In this document: positions 38,365-51,904 of the stretch, in pieces
How positions within the stretch are numbered: position 1 is the first letter of the stretch
Layout of the letters: every line of letters starts with the position of its first letter
DNA from: Octopus sinensis
Taxonomy: Eukaryota
DNA: 64,000 nucleotides
Assembly (NCBI RefSeq): GCF_006345805.1
Contig: NC_043003.1
Location: forward strand, 61,256,001-61,320,000
Reading direction: 5' to 3'
Notes under the pieces: generated by a model
Told to the model about the DNA's origin: nothing
Databases searched by the model: none
What the model saw: only the letters and a program-made list of their open reading frames with translations
Position numbers and translations under genes: made by a program

Positions 38365-38577
38365 AGCAAACTGGCAGAATCATTTGCACGCCAAGTAAAA
38401 TCCTAAACAGCGTTTCGTCTGTCTTTATGTTTTGAGTTCAAATTTCGCAGAGGTCGACTTCACCTTTCATCCATCCTGTCGGAGTTGGTAAAAGAAACAC
38501 CAGTTGAACACTGAGGTTGATGTAATCGACTTACCACTTCTCCTATTGCTGGCCTTGAGCCGAAATTTGAAATCAAT
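38365..38577 (+). mobile_element. SINE family B
   Basis: A/B-box head and family body. Confidence 0.8.
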
Positions 38578-39459
38578 ATGTCATATTTGCATATCATTCA
38601 TCACTTTCTCTCTTTCTATCTCTCTCTTCGTCACACTCTCTTATAACCATTTGCCACATAATCTTTGTTACTGACGTTATTGTTACTTAGCTCCAGACTA
38701 ACCTTACCAGGGCACATCTACTATGGAAGACGCTCTAGCTGTTATCCTTTCGTCTTTGAAATAGTGTTTACTGTAACATTATCTAACGGTTCTTTGTTGT
38801 GGCTTTAAGTCACTGGGCTATAATTTGAAGGAGATGCTGCTGCGATTTCTGTATCATTGTATGACAACATTAAGGGAAAATCTATTCTGTTGGTTTTTGT
38901 AACGTTATCGTTGCAATGTAATTGTTAAAGCTGTGAAAAACATCTAAGTCATGAACATGTCTTACAGAATTTGCCTCCCTTCTACGATACTCTCATCAAA
39001 AGAAGAAACAAATATTAGTATACTGGTCCCGTCGCTAGAAGGTGGTAAGGGTTCGTACCCCTGCTCGCAGTATATCGGATGCAGGTGTGCATGGTTAAAC
39101 AGCTAGAGGAAATGTCCTCTTGGGGTTAAAAAACGCAGTAACGTCCGTTGAAACGGAACAGTCATGTCGAAGTGGTGACAAACATTACTTGCCAATATTA
39201 GTATCTTACATAAGTACAAGCCTCATTTTTTTTTACAGATAGGGTATTTTTATGAGATTTATTGATTTGACGCAAAAAAAGTCGTTCCAATCGACAATCT
39301 TGTAGGATTTCAACTATAATCGACATCAGTACATCTGCTAAGCTAGTACGTGTTCTAACGGTCCTTTTTGCCGAACAACTAGTTAATGAGGAAATAAACA
39401 AAACAACACTAGTTATCAAGTTATGTGGGGGGAGCAAATTCAAGCAAAAATGGACACGT

Positions 39460-39497
<38 letters not shown>

Positions 39498-39688
39498 CGG
39501 AGAAACGTACACTTTGTTCTCTTATATGTAAGTATGTATATATATATATATAATCGATGTGGTCGTCTGTCTGTCGTAGGTCGACGTCGATCGTTCTATT
39601 CGCATATTCGCAGGCTTGCATGTGGGCTACAAGGCCTACTCTTGATCTGCAGCAACAGCGATATATATATATATATATATACATACAT

Positions 39689-39733
<45 letters not shown>

Positions 39734-39849
39734 CTGCTCGCTTAGTCAGCGGGGGGGGGGCGTCATTTGAAGGCTAAAACAATACGAAGCGCATTGTGAC
39801 CAACGATGTGTAACAACATCTGATGGCCTGGTCGGTCACGGTGATCACG

Positions 39850-39883
<34 letters not shown>

Positions 39884-41143
39884 AAATTAAGGATAAAATC
39901 TTTATAAGAAATTATCAGTAGTTAGCGTGAAAAACCTCGTAAGAGAAAAAATCTGTAAATTTTTCCACTTTGAAAATATTTATTTATATTATATAGAGGG
40001 TACTATTATTCATAGGTACCGCACGCTAGGAGGGTCTCTTGCAGTCAAAACTACTAAAATAAACAAATTGTACCGAATGCAAAACTTCAAAGCAAGTCAC
40101 TTAAAAACAGAATTTAGTTACATATCACTTGTGATTTCGCAATCAATGCAGAATATGCATTCTATGCTCTTCAGTGCAACGAACTCAAGACATGTAAGGA
40201 AAAAACACAATATAGCATACCCGACAGCCAACCGTAGAATTCGTCGTAGCATGTACGAATGTTTATCTTTACATATCTATGAAAATGGCGGGCTTATTCG
40301 AATCGATCCCAGGAATTTCTTTTAAAGCTTCGCATTTGTTCAATCGATCTCTTTCGTTGAACCGCTACATACGGAGCCGTAAACACACTAACACTGTTGT
40401 CAACCTGTTGGGGCGGGCAAACACACACACACACGCTCGCTTATATATATGTTTTATATGTACGACGAACATCTTTCAGTTTCCGTCTGAGGAATCCAGA
40501 CCTGAAGATTGAGAGTATGACGACCCGATTAAGTATTGAAACTAGATACCTTGTATCTAATCAATACCGACGAACTTTCATGAAACACGTGTAGTCTTAT
40601 AAACGGAAAATACAGGATTCAGAATAGATATAGTTAGTATATGGAGTGGTCAGGTATAAAATCTTTCAGTGCTGATTGAGTGGAAGGTGGTTCTGTCTCT
40701 AAAACTACTTTTATATATATATATGATATATATATGTGTGTGTGTGTGGATGGATGGATGGATTGATGAAGTACGTGTATGTATATGATACAATACAAAG
40801 GTGTAAGTGACTATGTTGTAGTTGTACAAGGAAGCTTTTAGACACTTTATAGTATACAATATTTTGGGTAAATAAACCATCGGTGAATATAACAATAAGT
40901 GCGTTTGCTGAATGGTTTGCATTTACTTTACCCGATATATTTATTTCAGTTCCAACGACAAAATCTCTGATCGAGTAATTTTGCAAACCATATATATAAA
41001 AGTCATTACATTTATTACGTCAGGTGAAACGTTAAGCAGTTCTCTTGTGACTATCGCTCACTGGGCAGAAAAAAATTGTAATGTAGAGGTGAATAAAAAA
41101 AATAAACGATATAATGTACATATATATTTTCTCTTTTTATATA

Positions 41144-41203
<60 letters not shown>

Positions 41204-41269
41204 CATTATTATTATTATTATTATCATAATCATCATCATCCTCATCATCATCATTATTATTATATGAAA

Positions 41270-43065
41270 CCTCACAGCTTATTTTGCTGGGTATAATGGA
41301 AAGTATCAACTGACAAAGCCAGCAGACTAAGATGACACTAGTTTTCTGTCTTGCTGGAAGTTGAGTCAGCAGTTTTGATTTTATAATGCTGACACATTAT
41401 CCAGTGTAGATATTGGCCAACTCTGTCATGTCTTGATTTGTACTCTTCGGGTGCTGAAACCTTACATCCAGAGATTTAGTGAACCACTGTTTCTATCCCA
41501 TCGTTGTAGTATCGGCACTTTGGGTCTACACCAGTTTTCCTCACATTGGCTTGAGAGTTCCGGGTCAATAAGCTCTGATCTTGGGTAGCCAAGATAAAGC
41601 CTTTAACCCTCAGCTCCGTAGCCATTGATGGGTGTGCTTCTGGTCTACATCAGCTTGTTTGCAACGGGCTACATATTTGCCATGCAGAGGTTTTTGTTCC
41701 CACCTATCAGCCAATTGTTCAAACGTATTTTGCTTTGTTATTGATTTCACCTCCTTTGCAACCATAGTTGCTGCACTTCCATCATGCTGTTCAACCTGGA
41801 TATTATGCATTAACTCACTTGAAAATATTTTGCTCCCCTTCATAACAGAATATAGCTTCTTACGTCCTTCATGGTTTTCAACGAGCTCTAGCATCCAGTC
41901 GTTTAGATATTTCAAGATATTTTGCCAGTCCAATCGTGGAGGTTTTGTAGATTTCGAATTGGATCAAACCTCGACCTCCTTGAGCTCTGGGTAGGTAAAG
42001 ACGATATGCCTCTGCCTTTGGGTGGTGCATCTTATTGCAAGTCAATAGCTTACGGATTTTCCTTTCAATCTTTCTTATTTCTCTCATATTCCAGTTCAAC
42101 ACATTGAAACTGTAAATAATAACCGGAACTGCTAAGGAATGTATAGTTAACTCAGATTTTAGGACTGCTTGAACTCTCCTGTAACACTCCTTGATCTACT
42201 CTTTATACTTGCAACCTGAATGTCAGAGCCTTCATTTATTCCGTCGTATTTGTAAGTTTGTTCCTGCTCAAGTTCTTTTATGACTGTATCAACATCCAGC
42301 TCCACTGAATGTGAGATCTTCAGTTTCGCTTTCTGGAAATTTGCTTTGGCACATTTATCAAGGCTAAATTCCATCCCAATGTCATCACTGAATGCTTTCA
42401 CAGTACATAGTCGTCCCTCAAGCTCATTATCGTCTTTGCCATAGAGTTTTAAGTCATCCATATAAAATAGATGACTTATTTTCTTGTCGCCAATTTTATA
42501 TCCACTCCCTATTCTGTCAAGTTTATTTGTAAGGGGCATTAGGGCTATGCAGAAAATTAAAGGTGATAGTGAGTCACATTGGAAAATATCGCAGATGATA
42601 TTAATGTTTTTTGTGGTCAGTACTCCATTAGTGCAGTATAGTTGGAGATTCGTATTCTACATTGACATGTTATGCTTCAGAAGTTTGAAATCACAGAAGA
42701 AATTATGAAGATATCCAGCGATTTCAAGACCTATGAATGTGGTATGCTGTCGAAGGCCTTTTTATAATCTATCCATGCAGAATTGGGATTTCTACGTCTG
42801 TTATGACAGTTCTCAGGGATCATAAGATTGATTAAGAGTTCGTCTTTGCATCCATATGAACCTCGTCGGCACCCTTTTAGTTCAGTGGGGAAATTTTCAT
42901 TCTGTTCCATAAATTTGTATTTTCTCCACTAGGATTGATGTTAAAAATTTTATATGCGGTAGATAAACATGTTGTGGGCTGATAGGTTTGGGGAAAATTG
43001 GTTTCATTATATTCCATTTTGTCTACTGGGCCCATTAGGCCGTCTGACAAACCTTTTAGATATTT
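41270..43065 (-). mobile_element. R4/Dong-like (RLE-type) non-LTR retrotransposon, truncated and frameshifted
   Basis: RT HLFYMDDLKLYG, HPKAEAYRLYLPRAQGGRG, WEQKPLHGKY and a decayed CCHC region. The 3' side abuts the (TAA)n/(CAT)n tract at 41147-41265. Confidence 0.85.
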
Positions 43066-43599
43066 CTCCGTTGTGACGAAGAGAAAATATATAATGATTT
43101 AGGCAGGGCCTTTCACATCATTTCATTAAGCATTATTTGTTTAAATATCTAAGTATCTCTTATATCCTTGTATTGAATATATAATATAACGAAGCAGCGG
43201 GAAAGAAAGTATATACACGACGCACTACTATTATTATTACACGAGATTCAACGCTCTATATCAAAGGCTCACAGTGACTGCTTACCAGCCCGAACTGCCA
43301 ATGGCACACAGTTCTTTGTTTTATAACAACGAATCAGTCCACTTTTTAGTCGAAATCCTTCCACAACACTAACTTAACTAATTTAAAGATACCACTACAA
43401 TATATAAATTTGGGTTAAGTTTGTCACTGTCTTTAAACGTAGTATTATAGAATGTTGTGATAGACAATGATAATAATGGTTTAGTCGTTTAGTCCAGTGT
43501 TGATGGTGGAATCACAAAATATACACATGCCGTTGAGTTGAAATATTTTAAACGTCCTTAATTGTATAGTTCTGGTATTCATCTGAAGAAAACAGCTTT

Positions 43600-44200
43600 T
43601 ATAATGATACTAGGCTGCCCGTGACCTGTTGTGTCCTTACTAGTTCAAGGTACACGAAAAAATGGCCTATCTCAGAAATCCGTTGTCCGATTTACGCGAA
43701 GCTTGTGTCATTCCGTCTATATTCGCATTTCAATGGTACCTTGCTTTCAGAGCATTTTCCCATTATGTGCTGGTTTGGTTATTCATAGAAGCACCCGAAC
43801 AAACCACGTATTTCGGTAACCCGTGGTCCGATTTACGCGAAACTTGTTTTATTCATGATGCCTCCTGCTTTTGTCTCTTTCCTTCTGTTTCGCCAGACGT
43901 ACATCTCTCCGAGCGTCCGATTCCTGATATCTCCTGCTTCTGTCTCTTTCTCTCTGTTCCGCCAGACGCTCAGCCCTTGCTTTATCAGTCTCATCGATCC
44001 TTCTATTCGCATGTCTGTCCTGGTCTTGCGTAAATATTTCGTAAATGCCCCTTTCGTACTTCGGTGTGAAATATTTTTTCCACGGGTTTTTTCGAGTGCA
44101 TTCAACGTATCTCACCTCCAAACGCGCCGCCAGCGACAGTTTTCCGGAAAAGAAAGGGGTAGAGGAGTGGTGAGAACATCGGAGTTTCCCAGGGGCTAAT
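43600..44200 (-). mobile_element. Helitron-like fragment with charged N-terminal repeats
   Basis: IDETDKARAERLAEQRERDRSRRYQESDARRDVRLAKQKERDKSRR, plus a repeated ccgatttacgcgaa motif. Shares ttcgagtg.attcaacgtatctcacctccaaa with ~55035-55065. Confidence 0.45.
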
Positions 44201-44209
44201 GATTTACTT

Positions 44210-45140
44210 AGTTAGGTTCATACTAATCATATCTGTCGGGCATGTGGAAGAGAGTGTAATTCGGCAGGAGGACTTAAACGACATGCAAAGGTACATGAAG
44301 CCCAGTTACAACTACAGCCGGCTATTACCAGTAAAGGTTTTAGTTGCCAATTTTGTACAAGACATTGTAGATCTTTAGCTGGGCTAAAAAGTCACATTCG
44401 ATCACAGCACCAGTAACAGTTAAGCTTCGTGCAATGGCCATACTCGATAAAGAGGGGGCAGCCATAGTAATGCATGCATGTATGTATGTATGTATGTATG
44501 TATGTATGTATGTATGTATGTATGTATGTATGTATGTATGTATGTCAGGTCACTTTTCGAGTGCTACTAGTAACATGTAACCCAGTACAACCTGTTGCAT
44601 GGTCGGGTCGTCGGTGACTAAACCGGCAACCGCACCAAGCATGCTTGGTGAGGAGGGTGTTTATTGGACACCCTGTGGGATGAAAATCAAAACCCGTCAA
44701 AGGGCGCAGGAACTCTTCAGAGTCAACGGCCATCCAATAAATGTCTTAAGGATGTATCATGTGCGGGGACATAGAAATAATCGGACTGAATACCCGATCG
44801 CGCGGTTAAACCATTGGGAGTGAAGGACTCCTAGCCTTTGTTAGGGCATCCTTCTAGGAGAAGGTAACTCAGGTAACTGGGATACCTCCAACATAAAACC
44901 TGCGGCTCAGTGGTTACCGATGATGTTGACTTGTTCTTCTTTTCTGATTATGACTGCTGTTACTTAGTGAGTGGGATTGATTCAGTGCACAGCCTGTCCT
45001 CACTTTAAAAATAAATATTGCACAGGCATTGCACGATAGCAACATTGATTAAGCTTCGATAACGAGGGGGCAGCCACCATGTATGTATGTATGTATGTAT
45101 GTATGTATGTATGTATGTATGTATGCATGTATGTACATGC
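44210..45140 (+). mobile_element. Two tandem retroposon-like units, each ending gagggggcagcca + (TATG)n
   Basis: Units 44210-44545 and 44546-45140 share the 3' motif ttaagcttcg...cgata..gagggggcagcca followed by a TATG tail. Confidence 0.55.
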
Positions 45141-45179
45141 ATGTAAATTTATATATGTTTATTTGACCGAGAGCCAGTC

Positions 45180-45600
45180 CTGATTTAATTAGACTTGAAG
45201 CTCCAAAATACTGGCAAGGCACAATATGTGTACAAATGGTCCTAATACCATGAAACGTAATTTTTATGTATGCTTAGGTATGGATTAATTAATTAATTAT
45301 GAGATAATCAACTTGCGCAAATAACTAATTTAATTAGACTTTAAGCTCCAGTAAAGAATTACATCGAATATTACTCCGTAGACACGAGTGATACTTAAAT
45401 GAAAACTTAAGAAAAAAAAACGGGTATGGAAAAGCAAATTAAGAAGCTTTAATTAGACACTTAATTAGGAATTAATTAGACTTTCTGCTCCAGCGTCAAT
45501 TACTTCGCAGAATTGTTCACTAAACCCAACTGAATCTATTCATGTCACTTAAGAACCATTTTAGGTATGGATTTATAATAGAAGAAGCATTTTCTACTAA
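45180..45600. repeat. ~143-bp periodic subterminal repeats upstream of the Academ-like ORF
   Basis: AATTAGACTT..(A)GCTCCA at 45187, 45332 and 45474; (TTA)GGTATGGA at ~45276, 45422 and 45561. Confidence 0.6.
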
Positions 45601-45739
45601 TCACTATACACTAATTAAGAGGAAACATACAGAAACACTGTTTTCAAGCTACATGATGAATGCAACATACAAACGTGTCTTAGACCCAGTTAACATGAAA
45701 GGAAGAAATTAAGAATCATCTCAGGCATTGGAAGACAAT

Positions 45740-47560
45740 AAGAAACCTTTTAATTAGACCCTACTGACTTGGTGAAGACTTTCTACCGGAATGTTTATGG
45801 TAGTTTTGGCAAGCAAACCCCCAGTACAATTTGTCATGCTGATGTTGCTAGTCAGGATGCCTTGTTTGTCGCTACGCATGGAGCTATCAAACCCCGCAAA
45901 CACATCGCAATGGGTATGAAATCTATGACAGGCAGCAGAATGGTGATCACCCTCTTGAACTGTTATGGCTACGGCATCAAATATCACTGCGCAGAGGAAC
46001 TAGAGACTGAGTTGGACTTTGCCCACAATGAGAAGCAGACCATCATCCCTGAGGATGTACAACTAAACCGAGTAATGGGGAATGCCTACGATAATTATGA
46101 CGAACTCACCTACACTCTATCAGGTGCAAATTCCTTACACGATACGACGGGCATCCTTTACCAAAACGAAGATGAAACAGATCAAGGATGGTGTAATGCG
46201 TCAGAACGTATAGTCCCGACTCCTTGGGAGAAACCACAGAAAAGGAGAAAGTTGGATACAGACGAGCCTACACTTCTGCCCTACAGGAAGACACTAAGAG
46301 TGAAATTGTTTTGTTACAGTAAGACAAACGTGTGGAACAGGTCCATTGCGACACTGCTGAAAGCTCGCAAGGCAGATTACATGTTCATGATGAGCCACGC
46401 CTTGAAAATAGATGGAACACCAATGTGGGGTGCATTCAATGCCAGGTATCACACGGACACAATTCCAAAACAGAAGATCTTCTACGTGCCTAACATCAGT
46501 CATTCCCCGACCAGTTTGGATGTTGTGGCTGAAACTCTACAACTGACACAGAAGTGCGCTCTGAAACGCAACCAACAATAGCGAAACCTGTCATCAGAAT
46601 CCAAGACACCGAAAGTCAGAACTTCGACAACGTATTCAGAATGTTCGGCCAGTTTCATCTCCAGATGTGCAATTTCAAGGCAATTGGCAAACTATTGGCC
46701 GAGTCAGGTGGCCCAAGAATCCTCATAAAGTGCGACAACGTACTTGCTCTTGGATCGTTGAAGGGATTCGAGTCTGGCATTCATTTCAACATATGTAAGC
46801 GGCTGCATCCAATCATGGCTCTCACATTCGAGTGTCTTCACTTCAAAGCATTCCTTCAAAGATATGAAACTGACGACGTTACTTCCGATCTGTTGGTTAA
46901 AGTCATCGCTGATTGCATAAAATTTTCGGAAGAGACAAAGGACGGAGCTCGAGGACCTACCGCTCAATTCTGGATGGATTACATCGAAAGAATGCACGAT
47001 TATCATGTACTCGATCGTGACATCAGAACAAACGACGTTGACTTGTTCATAGACGCTCTCACGCCGATCATCTCTCTGCTGTTCGCAACCGACCGACAGA
47101 ACTACGTGAGGTATATGACGAAGTACCACCTAGATCTTATGAACATAGACGAGATACACCCTGGATTAAGAGGCTTGCTTGATCGTGGTGGGTTCACTGT
47201 TTGTAGAACCAGTAATTCGTTCTCAAGGTATCCTATCGATCTAACACTGGAACAGACAATAAATGCTGATGCTGCTTCTCGGCTCACGGGGTTGTCAGCT
47301 ATGACGAACAACTATACAGCCAGACTCCGCTGGATGTTCACCAACTCATCTCGGGCTTTTATTGTTACTGATCTGATGGAGATGGCAGGGATGGGCACCA
47401 CAGAATCAACTGTAGCTGAGCAGCGACCGGCAAGAGTCAAGCGAAACCGATCTGATTTTGAAAAAGTGATCGCGCAGATAGAAAAATCTGTAACCCTTTC
47501 AGCGATACGAACATGACTCACCTGATCAACATACATACGGGAAAGGCATGCAGTGAAAAT
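45740..47560 (+). mobile_element. Academ-like DNA transposase fragment (two overlapping ORFs, frameshift near 46560)
   Basis: ORFs 45769-46581 and 46554-47516 contain TGSRMVITLLNCYGYGIKY..EELET, YDNYDELTYTLSGANSLHDTTGILYQ, FGQFHLQM..IGKLLAESG, FATDRQNYVRY and DLTLEQTINADA. I associate these motifs with Academ transposases from recall; no HMM was run. Confidence 0.7.
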
Positions 47561-48540
47561 GCACGTTAAACAGTATCTACTTGTTGATACAACGACATAT
47601 TAGAAGTTGCAAAGCGACCCATTAACTCGCTGGTCCTGTACCATGTTCCGCTGGATGCCTAAAAACAAGTAGATAATAAAGAGTTAAGATTTGTTATCAG
47701 AAAAGTGAACTGCTGGACTAAATAGTGTTAAACATGTGAATATATTTGCATCAAATCAACTCCACCACACTAAATAAAACAGTGTCGTTTTAAATAATAA
47801 ATTTGTTCAATTGATATGGAGATGTCTCAGGAAAGATATCAAATCAACCAATTTATAAAAGGTCGGTTTCTTATGAATAGCTTCTTATTACACTCTTACG
47901 TAAGCTATCACTTAAAATAGCTTGCTTCAATCTGTTTCGAGTGTATTACCATACATATCAGTTTCTATAGAAAAACACGAATATCAGTAACAAGCGAATT
48001 ATTGATTGTTGGAATCTAGTTGATAAAAGGAAAGCTTATATGGACGTAGGAACCTTAATACTACAGCAACTAAAGGTTTATCTCGTTATCACGCTAACAC
48101 AAAACTGTGATGGAGTTTTCCGAAAATACCCTTAAACCATAAGTTATTAAGCTTGTTTATTGTATCTAATGCATAGAAATTTACTTATACGTGGCTGTAT
48201 TCTACACTTACAGAGCTATAAAAATACAAAATCCACTGTCATCCGGCAGTCTTCGAGCAAGTGATACAAATGAACATTTAGAATCCAAGCCGCATGTGTG
48301 TGCGTGCAGGGGAGGAGCTGTGTCTGTGTGTGTGTGTATACATATATATATATATAGGGAATAGGTTTGCTTTTGGATATATTAAAGCTACGATGGCTTC
48401 ACTGAATATTAGTCACCCCGAAGATATAGTAGAAAACAGTTGCCCTAGGTATCACGCAGTGGAACTGAACTCGAGACCACGTGATTTCAAAGCGAACTCA
48501 TGCACGAGTATGTACATGTCTGTATATGTATGTGCGCATA

Positions 48541-48573
<33 letters not shown>

Positions 48574-48628
48574 TTATACACATACATAGATACATACGTA
48601 CGTACATACATGTGTGTGTGTGTGTGTG

Positions 48629-48666
<38 letters not shown>

Positions 48667-48780
48667 AATTTAAAATGAGGGTGAGAAATTAGATATTAAT
48701 TTAATTAACATCGATTTTACATCAGTGGTCTAGCATATAAAAGTACTGAAGGTTCAGTAAAAATTATATTATATACATAT

Positions 48781-49366
48781 TAGAGGGAAACCACTATGTA
48801 GACACCTTTATGCTAGAAATAGATCCGCTATGGTCTTACCACAAAGAAATGTTCTCAAGAAAAATTTAGCAAAACAACCAAAACGTAATCAAGCAAGACA
48901 AAAGAAAATGCAATAAAAATATGGAGTATTAGCATACATGTTTCACTATTAACATATTACGTAATTTTATTTACATATATGTCCGTAGATCATCGGTGCG
49001 ACAATCCAGTTTTTCCGATAATTTAGCGCAACCAAAACGAGGACATTTGAAATAGTAACCACGAGTGTAATGGGTAGAACTGTTAACAAATTTGATTTTG
49101 TGTGGACGTCCTAGTATGCAGTCCTGCAAATTATATTCATCTGGACGGTCGCACCGATGATCTACGGACATTTATCTAAGTAACATTACGTAATATGTTA
49201 ATAGTGAAACATGTATGCGAATAATCCATATTTTTATTACTTCTTTTGTCTTGCTCGATTACGTTTTGGTTGTTTTGCTAAATTTTTCTTGAGAACATTC
49301 CTTAGTGGTAAGACCATAACGGATCTATTTCTAGCATAAGGATGTCCACATAGTGGTTTCCCTCTA
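48781..49366. mobile_element. Foldback MITE with ~225-bp TIRs, TAG...CTA termini, ATAT TSD
   Basis: 48781-49009 is the reverse complement of 49141-49366. ATAT occurs at 48777-48780 and 49367-49370. Confidence 0.85.
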
Positions 49367-49405
<39 letters not shown>

Positions 49406-49411
<6 letters not shown>

Positions 49412-49590
49412 GAATTTACAAAAAGACAAAAGAGGAAGACGGGCGTATAAACAACAAACTGATGTATTAATTTAACGCTCGGGAACTGAGAAAGTCTTTT
49501 ACGTTTCGAGCCTACGCTCTTCGACGGAAAGGAACACAGAAATAAACAGGGAGAGAAAATAGAAAAAAGGTTCAGTGGCTAGCGATCTAT
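49406..49590 (-). mobile_element. Short PLE pLTR (solo) next to (TA)n
   Basis: Homologous to 54370-54570; contains a minimal HHR. Confidence 0.65.
49496..49531 (-). ncRNA. Minimal hammerhead motif with palindromic ACGU stem III
   Basis: CUUU-CCGUCGAA-GAGC(GUAG)GCUC-GAAACGUA/AAAG: 4-bp stem I, perfect 4-bp stem II, and two core deviations (U4C, A6U). Confidence 0.5.
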
Positions 49591-49596
49591 CATATT

Positions 49597-49599
<3 letters not shown>

Positions 49600-49627
<28 letters not shown>

Positions 49628-50143
49628 AAGTATGTGTAGATACATGTACGTGCGCGTGTGTGCGTTAAATTTGATGAATTTGTTTATAGTTAGAAGTATA
49701 AGGCAAATTCTTCTAAGGTCGACGTTGCCTTTTATCGATGAAATAAGTACCGCTGTAATCGAATAGCTGCACTTCATAAATTTCACGTATTGTATTCTTG
49801 TAGAAAGAAATTAGTAGTGTAAGACTACTACAAAACTTAATCCTTTATATTAAGGATTTTCTGTATTCACATCTGATTCCTATGTACTGAGTTTTAAAAA
49901 GAAGCATACCTAAATCCATTAGTCTATCATCGTTTCTAAAAGTTCTTTGGATGTATGAACAGAATGAAATAGTAATGATGATGTATTGCACGCTCAAAAT
50001 ATCATTAGAATAATACTATTAACTGATAAAATGGGCAACACAGAATTTTATGGCTGTACATCGGTTGAATGGTGATAGATTAAACACACGCACGCACACA
50101 CTCATGCACGCACACGCACACACATACACACGCATACGCACAT

Positions 50144-50201
<58 letters not shown>

Positions 50202-51246
50202 GGTAAAATACAAACCGAAATAACCATTAACTAGTTGCATAACCATCAATATGAGAAGCATGAGATCGCAGTCAAATGAGTATATTATATATATATATAA
50301 TATATATATATATATAATATATATAATATATAATATAATATATATATATAATATATATATATAATACTAGCTTAAGGTGACCCGCTCTACGCGCGGGTAA
50401 GAGTTTGGTTCTTACTTTCTGTTTTTATCACCACATTCTCCCTCTTTGTTTCTCTCTCTTTTCTCTCTCACTTTCCCACTCTCTTACTCTTCCTTTCTCT
50501 CGGACTCTCCCTCGCTTTCTCTTACTCTCTATCTTTCTCTATCTCTCTCCCATTTATAAACAACAAAAGATCTTGAGTAAGTTGAGAAAGTAAAATATTT
50601 TGAAAGATCAATCATAAATATCAGATAGTGACAACGGAAAGGTCTGCTTCAAGGCAGACAGCAAAACACTAACATTTAAAGGGGACAGACGAACTTGCGA
50701 GCTGAATAAAAATAATAAAATATTGGAAACCAAAGTTTGAAGGGATAGAATGTGAGGATAGTAGAGTCACCATGGCTGGCATTTCTTAACGACGGACAGC
50801 AACGTAGTGGCAGTTTAACGGCTGGCGTAAAATTTTTAACTTGTAAAAGAAAATCCTAAACACCAAGTTTTGAAGTGATTCTTTCTCACAACAGTAGACT
50901 CACCATGGCAAGCATTCAAAACTTCTTCATCATGGACGACAACACATTAACGATTTAAAGGCTAGCGCAAATTTTTTAGCTTGATGTAACAGAGAATTCC
51001 TAAACACCCGCTCCTGTAAATTTTAATCACCTTCCAGCCCCATTTAGATCCCTTTTCACATTTTGGTTAATATAACCCGATTTCATTCGGGTCTACTCGG
51101 GCCACATTTTATAGATAAGGAATTTTGTCCTAGAGGTCACGCCTTTCATTTGAGGAAAAAAATAGTTGTCATGCAAACTTGCCAGCACTTTTAACATAGG
51201 TGTGCATATTTTCAGCACAACCGACCACATAATGCACACATTATAT

Positions 51247-51291
<45 letters not shown>

Positions 51292-51841
51292 GTGTGTGTG
51301 TGTGTGTGTGTGTGGTGTGTGTGTGTAAGTATGTGTAGATACATGTACGTGCGCGTGTGTGCGTTAAATTTGATGAATTTGTTTATAGTTAGAAGTATAA
51401 GGCAAATTCTTCTAAGGTCGACGTTGCCTTTTATCGATGAAATAAGTACCGCTGTAATCGAATAGCTGCACTTCATAAATTTCACGTATGTATTCTTGTA
51501 GAAAGAAATTAGTAGTGTAAGACTACTACAAAACTTAATCCTTTATATTAAGGATTTTCTGTATTCACATCTGATTCCTATGTACTGAGTTTTAAAAAGA
51601 AGCATACCTAAATCCATTAGTCTATCATCGTTTCTAAAAGTTCTTTGGATGTATGAACAGAATGAAATAGTAATGATGATGTATTGCACGCTCAAAATAT
51701 CATTAGAATAATACTATTAACTGATAAAATGGGCAACACAGAATTTTATGGCTGTACATCGGTTGAATGGTGATAGATTAAACACACGCACGCACACACT
51801 CATGCACGCACACGCACACACATACACACGCATACGCACAT

Positions 51842-51904
<63 letters not shown>

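Noticed and set aside
38705-38940. Exon-like block with good acceptor and GTAAGG donor on the minus strand
   Set aside because: Stops in all three frames; cannot be supported without RNA data.
44560-44640. Possible HDV-like ribozyme at the 5' end of a retroposon-like unit (GACTAAA motif)
   Set aside because: Could not build the nested double pseudoknot; only a simple hairpin is evident.
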